A DNA stretch of 64,000 bases from Eledone cirrhosa (Eukaryota). A program made the position numbers and the translations under genes. The stretch is from assembly GCA_964016885.1 (NCBI GenBank), contig OZ024746.1, positions 19,344,001 to 19,408,000 on the forward strand. The letters are read 5' to 3'. The notes under the pieces were generated by a model, which saw only the letters and a list, made by a program, of their open reading frames with translations, was not told the DNA's origin and did no database searches. This document shows, in pieces, positions 58,361 to 64,000 of this stretch (within the stretch, counting starts at the first letter, position 1; every line of letters begins with the position of its first letter).

Positions 58361-58827
58361 CGTATACATGTATATGCATATAAAGCATTGTTTTACAAAC
58401 AAACAAAATTCAAATAATATATTTAGTTATGCTTTATGTATGACCATTAAATAATTAATTATAAAACCTTACTACTGGTACAATCACGTCTATTTCTATA
58501 GACGTGATTGGTTATGACAGGGAAAAGGAACAACGTAAAAAAGAATCAGCTACAACCAAAATATAATTTTAACTTTTAACCCTTTCATAACAAAATGTTT
58601 GTAACTAGTCCTGGTTCAGTGATGCAGAACTGCTTGTTTTAAAATGCTTATACTTATCTAAAAACTCTGCACTCTAAATTTCATTTCCCATAGTTATGGG
58701 TGTGCAATTTTGAAATTGGGCCGTATGCAGCTTGCAGGCCACAGTTTGTCCATGACTGATATCAGTGGAAGAGCATTATAATAATTTACTGCTGCCTCAC
58801 CATATATATATATATATATATATATAA

Positions 58828-59079
58828 AGAATGGAAAACGAAAAATCAGTGATGCATCGGAACTCAATTTATTAAGTATTACAATTGTTTCCCCGGCAAA
58901 CACCTCAAGGTGCAATCTGTGTGTGGATCTGCTCCGAAATCAATAGGATGAGGAACCTGCGAATCCAGAGCCAGGTCGATCCACATGCAGATCGCACCTA
59001 GAGCTGTTCGCCGGGGAAACAATTGTAATACGCAATAAATTGAGTTCCGATGCATCACTGATTTTTCGTTTTCCATTCT
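58828..59079. repeat. Long inverted repeat (~100-bp arms, ~48-bp spacer)
   Basis: agaatggaaaacgaaaaatcagtgatgcatcggaactcaatttatt..tgtggatc / gatccaca..aataaattgagttccgatgcatcactgatttttcgttttccattct. Confidence 0.9.
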
Positions 59080-59732
59080 ATCATACTCTGCTCCGTAGGG
59101 ACATAGAGTGCTCAACCGGCATACCACCTATGGACACATCTTAGTTAGCATAAGACATATATATACCCCTAATATGATATATTTAAATGCTGCCAATGCT
59201 GTAAGGCTAATTCTAAGTACATTTCTGAAAAATGATGATACCTATAGAAATATATTAAAAATACAGAAGTTCATTTGTTTTCATCATCAGCAAGGTATAC
59301 AAGTTATTTTTGTTACACTAACAAGATTTATCTTCAGTAACACCTGCTTTATATAAAGCTGATTTCATTTCATTGTTTATTTATTTTAGAATAAATACCT
59401 TTAAGGTAAATATAAACCTTTATGTCACTCTCTTTACATGATAAGCAAAAAAAAACAAAACAAAACAAAAAACAATGGTTCAGAGATGATTTTTAAGAAC
59501 GAGAAAAAATACATTCAGTTTTCGGTTAAGAAGATATTTACTGTTATATTTGGGGTGGATCATGTCCTAATATTGCCAAGAAATAGTAAAACACTCACTG
59601 TTTGGTTTCGTTTTCGCTTCAGTGTAATTTTCAAATCATTTAAAAATTCATCAAGCGTTTGGGTGGATTTAGTAATAGAACTAACTTTCTCGTTATCAAG
59701 CTGGTGTTTGGAACATAACTTTAGGGTTCGTA

Positions 59733-62131
59733 TGTAGTGAACAGAATTAAATGTATTTTCCTTTGGCGGAAGAATGGTGTCACATTTCTTTAGACTCTGC
59801 TCAACTCGAAGCTTATTCCAGAGTGAAACAGGAATTAGCTGATGTCACCCTGCTTGCACATCCTGTGCCTGATGCCCAGTTTTCACTGGTCGTTGATGCA
59901 TCAGGCACAGCAGTAGGTGCAGTTTTGAAACAGTACCACAACCAGAAGATTGAAACCACTTGCATATTTCTCAAAACAGCTTAAACCCGCTACAGTATTT
60001 TCGGCAGAGAACTGTTAGCGATGTACTTGGCAATCAAACACTTCCAGCATTCGTTGGAAGGACGCCAGTTTACGATTTTAACGGACCATCGTCCTTTGAC
60101 TTTTGCTCTCAGAGCGAAACCCGAAAGATACTCGCCACGTGAAACTCGACATTTAGATTATGTATCACAATTCACTAGTGATGTACGCCATATTCATGGA
60201 TCACAGAATTTAGCGGCAGATGCATTATCTCGTTTACTTAACTCACTATCGACAAACACTGATATTGATCTACGTTTGCTCGCTGCTGACCAGCCTGCTT
60301 TGGACGATTTGGATTTATCTGCAACCGAATTTGCGACGTGCAAATTCAAACAATTACCTTTACACAATTCTGACATGACAAGCATCCTGTGTGACATATC
60401 GACTGATTCACCTCGACCCTTCGTTCCGGAACCTCATCTGCGAACAGTTTTCGACACGTTAAACAATCTCTCATACCCTGGAATCCATTTATCAGTGAAA
60501 CTCATTACGGCTAGATTCTTTTGGCCAAATATGAGACGAGATATCACTGCATGGTCTCGTTCCTGCATACCTTGCCAGAAGTCTAAGTTGCACAAACACA
60601 TTGACCATATTCATATCGACCTAGTTGGACCTTGGCCGGTCAGTCATGGATATACATACCTTCTTACGTGTATCGACCGTTTTACACGTTGGCCTGAAGC
60701 CATTCCTCTTGAAGAGATTTCAGCAGAATCGGTAGCACGTGCTCTGATGTCTGACTGGATTTCGCGATACGGTGTCCCTTCCACGATCACCACTGACCGT
60801 GGCGGACAATTTGAATCACATCTCTTCCATGAACTTTCTAAAATCTTAGGGCTACATCGTATTAGAACTACTAGTTACCATCCGGCCTCAAATGGCATGA
60901 TAGAACGCTTTCATCGACAATTAAAAGCAGCATTGCGTGCTTATCCCGACCAGCAAAAATGGAGTGAATATCTACCAATTGTTCTTCTTGGCTGTCGCGC
61001 GGCGGTCAGGGAGGATCTCAGATATTCCCCAGCGGAGTTGCTGTACGGAACACCTTATCAGGACAGATGTTAGTCCCAGTCGACGCATCGCGGGAAGATC
61101 CTACATTATATATTAACAGTTTGCAATCATATTTCAATGATCTTCCGCCTATGGGAACACGTCAACAGACGATTAAATCTTCGGTTCCTAAAAACATTAC
61201 TTCTTGGACTCACGTTTTTCTACGTAAAGACTCAGTGAAAGGACCACTTGTGCCACCCTATACTGGACCCTACCGCGTGCTGGCAAAAACGGATAAACTT
61301 TTTACTATAGACGTTTGTGGTAGGAAACACAGTTTCTGTAGATAGGATTAAACAAGCCTTTACAGACGTTCCACCAGTTGAACCCCATACACCCCCCACA
61401 TACAATACATTGCATGTTGAACCTTCACAAGCATACTCACCCACAACATCTCACACACCGTCATTACCTTCACCTACATGTGTTACGACGACACGTAGTG
61501 GTCGTAGAGTACATTGGCCTCAGAGGTTGAGTAAAACAATCTATATATGAACTGTGATATTGTTCAAACTTTTGACTCTTATGTAAACAATTAATTTTGC
61601 TTGTTCAATTATGTTATGTTTCATGGTTTTTCTTGGTTGTATTCATGCATGTATCTTTTCTCGGTGTACCCGATGATTTGTTTTATTGTTTGATGTAATG
61701 TAGACATATTGCATATTTAGCACTACTCATGTATTGATATCGATCTGCGATCTAAACGGAGGGTACTGTAGTGAACAGAATTAAATGTATTTTCCTTTGG
61801 CGGAAGAATGGTGTCACAGAGGTAAATTGGCTGAAGTTTGAGCCAATCAAGGCCCTCAGCGGATCGAGACAAGTTGCTGGACTACTTGGACCAGAGACGA
61901 GTTCGCTGAACGACCTGGTAGCATCAAGACGTCCGACATTTGCTATGCCACATTCTTTCACATCTCCACTGGAATATGCAGCCAACACGATGTGATGACT
62001 TGCTCAATCTTCTCTTGTTATTTCGATTCCATATGTGTACAACAAATAAAAGGGAATTTTTGTTATAATGGATTATGTCGTTTTTGTCATTGCCTTCTAA
62101 ATCGATAACTATATTAATATCTCCAGCGACA
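59733..62131 (+). mobile_element. Internally deleted Ty3/Gypsy LTR retrotransposon
   Basis: 52-bp 5' LTR stub (59733-59784) identical to the start of the 3' LTR (61767-62131, TG..CA); purine tract aaacggaggg before the 3' LTR; CGTA TSD at 59729-59732 and 62132-62135; RNase H followed by integrase. Confidence 0.92.
59785..61550 (+). pseudogene. Gypsy pol remnant: RNase H, integrase (DDE) and GPY/F, frameshifted
   Basis: [79 protein letters not shown] across ORFs 59751-59984, 60021-61073, 61067-61345 and 61317-61550. Confidence 0.9.
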
Positions 62132-62226
62132 CGTAATCCACGTTATACATATATAAAATTATTATGGAAAATATTTAGATAAATATAGTTTTAAATAGAC
62201 AATGTTGCATCATATAACCAAAGACA

Positions 62227-62415
62227 GTTTCTGATTTAGGCACAAGGCCAAACATTTTGGGGGAGAGGGAAAGTCGATTAAATCGATCCCAGTGCATTAC
62301 TGGTACTTTATTTTATCAACCCTGTAACTTTGGCTGAATTTGAACACAACGTAAAGGGACGAAACTATATGTCACAAAGTATGTTGACCGACGTCTACCG
62401 ATACTGCCAAACCAC
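62227..62415 (-). mobile_element. SINE family A copy
   Basis: Reverse complement of the 7822 element. Confidence 0.75.
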
Positions 62416-62848
62416 AATCTAAACTATAATAAAGGGAGGAGTGCGGGACAGCGTCCAGAATATATTTTTTTAATCTCGTTTGTAGTATAAGTTAGATTAC
62501 TTTGAATAAATAATGAATAAATAATGAATGAATATTACATAATTTATCTAAATTTCGTTATTCTTGATTAAATATAAATAATTTTGTCGCTTATTTTAAG
62601 ATTTACTTCTTTAACATTTTCAAATGTCAACACTTCCGGTTAGCGATCGCTTAAATAAACAGTCACAGATTATGTTACTGATTACATAAGACAGTGTAAC
62701 GCAGTCTTCGTTCAATTTCTGTGTATATTGTCAATTACGATTTTATTTGATGTATACATGTATATATACTTGTGTATAATATCAATATGCACGCTACACA
62801 TGCTAGAAGAAAACAACCCGAAGGCTGGTTTTTCTGCTTGTCTAAATA

Positions 62849-63055
62849 ATGATTTCTGATTTAGGCACAAGCCGAACAATTTTTGGGGAAGGGGGAAGTA
62901 AATTAAATCGACCCCAGTGCGCTATTGGTACTTGATTTTATCGACCTCGTAAGAATGAAAGGCAAAGCTAACCTCGCCGAGATTTGAACTCGGAACGTAA
63001 AGGGACGTAACTTAATGCTACAAAGCATGTTATCCAACGTTCTACCAATTCACCG
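62849..63055 (-). mobile_element. SINE family A copy
   Basis: Reverse complement of the 7822 element, CpG-rich. Confidence 0.78.
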
Positions 63056-64000
63056 TATAAAATTGTTAACAAGAAATGTTTTACAGCAATGCATATTTAG
63101 ATATTCGAAAAAATTACCTTGGGATAAAATACATGTTTTAGAATTATAATACAAAGGAATTATAATATGGAAAGCAATATAAATTAAAAAACAAAACAAA
63201 AATGAACCAAGGGAAATAACTCAAATAGCCAATAGCATAAATTTAGATAAATAAGTTAATTACCCTTTATTTATAAGATTCTAAAGTTTAAGTCATTGGG
63301 TCGGGAAGTAACCTAGATGTTCTGCTTTAGTTAAAATATAATAGTGCCAAAACTCTAATAATTGGTTACATCAATTGATTATATAATATTTATATAATTT
63401 GACAAGTTGTGTGTCATGTTTTCAATTGAGGTTAACTGACATGAACTTATCTTTGAAGTTATATTTTTTAAAGATTTTTTCTTCTTTTTTTAAAGGATAA
63501 AAAAAAAACCTTATCAGCGATTTATTGTGTTAACAAGCAACATCGTTTTCATAATTATTCTAAACAGTTTTGAAAATCATCTTTTGTCTTTCACACGAGA
63601 TCACTGCTGGTGAAAAGGGTTAGAAGATTCAAAGAGGGAAATTATCCTAGCTTTGATAATTGTTTAGCCCAGCCTGTGATTAAATGCTTTGATGAAATAC
63701 CACATGCATGCACTGTTTTTGTGAACCAACTGTTCATCACTTCCTAAACAATAATCTGCTTTTCAATTGTTTTTTTTTTGTTTTTTTCAAAGGCATGGGA
63801 AACATTTTACAAGGGTGTAAATTAACCTTATTCTATGTCTGGCCAACTGGGAAAATAGCAATATCTGAACATTACAATCACAATTATCTGATTCTCACAA
63901 AATTCCCTTCTTTATTGAATTGCCCCTTCCAACAAGAATCTCTAACACATGTTATTATTAATAGATGGACTTACTAAAAACAAAACTACCAATTTGATTA

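Noticed and set aside
59128-59241. Minus-strand AG-preceded open stretch VSSFFRNVLRISLTALAAFKYIILGVYICLMLTKMCP*
   Set aside because: Short, no recognisable homology, and expected by chance in AT-rich DNA.
54106-64000. Search for the first TEA exon ([37 protein letters not shown])
   Set aside because: Not found by eye on the minus strand; presumed to lie beyond the window rather than lost.

Overview
AT-rich, intron- and repeat-rich animal genomic DNA. The SINE, RTE-LINE and microsatellite content suggests an octopus-like cephalopod (inference, not verified). Two convergent spliced genes are recognisable. On + is muskelin (MKLN1): 19 coding exons at 692-18769, 5' end outside the window, with one GC-AG intron. 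On - is a TEAD/scalloped transcription factor: 10 coding exons from 54105 to 38322; the first TEA-domain exon was not found and is presumably beyond 64000. Introns and the ~19.5 kb gap hold tRNA-derived SINEs, RTE and CR1/L2-type LINE fragments, mariner and piggyBac MITEs, minisatellites, several long hairpins and an internally deleted Ty3/Gypsy provirus (59733-62131, CGTA TSD). The most notable signal is a type I hammerhead ribozyme motif (49095-49140). It sits in a ~440-bp element whose interleaved inverted repeats imply a ~310-335-nt tandem or circular unit (retrozyme or Penelope pLTR-like). A second hammerhead-like core lies on the TEAD sense strand at ~33.7 kb. Exon boundaries were read by eye from splice sites and frame continuity; repeat boundaries are approximate.
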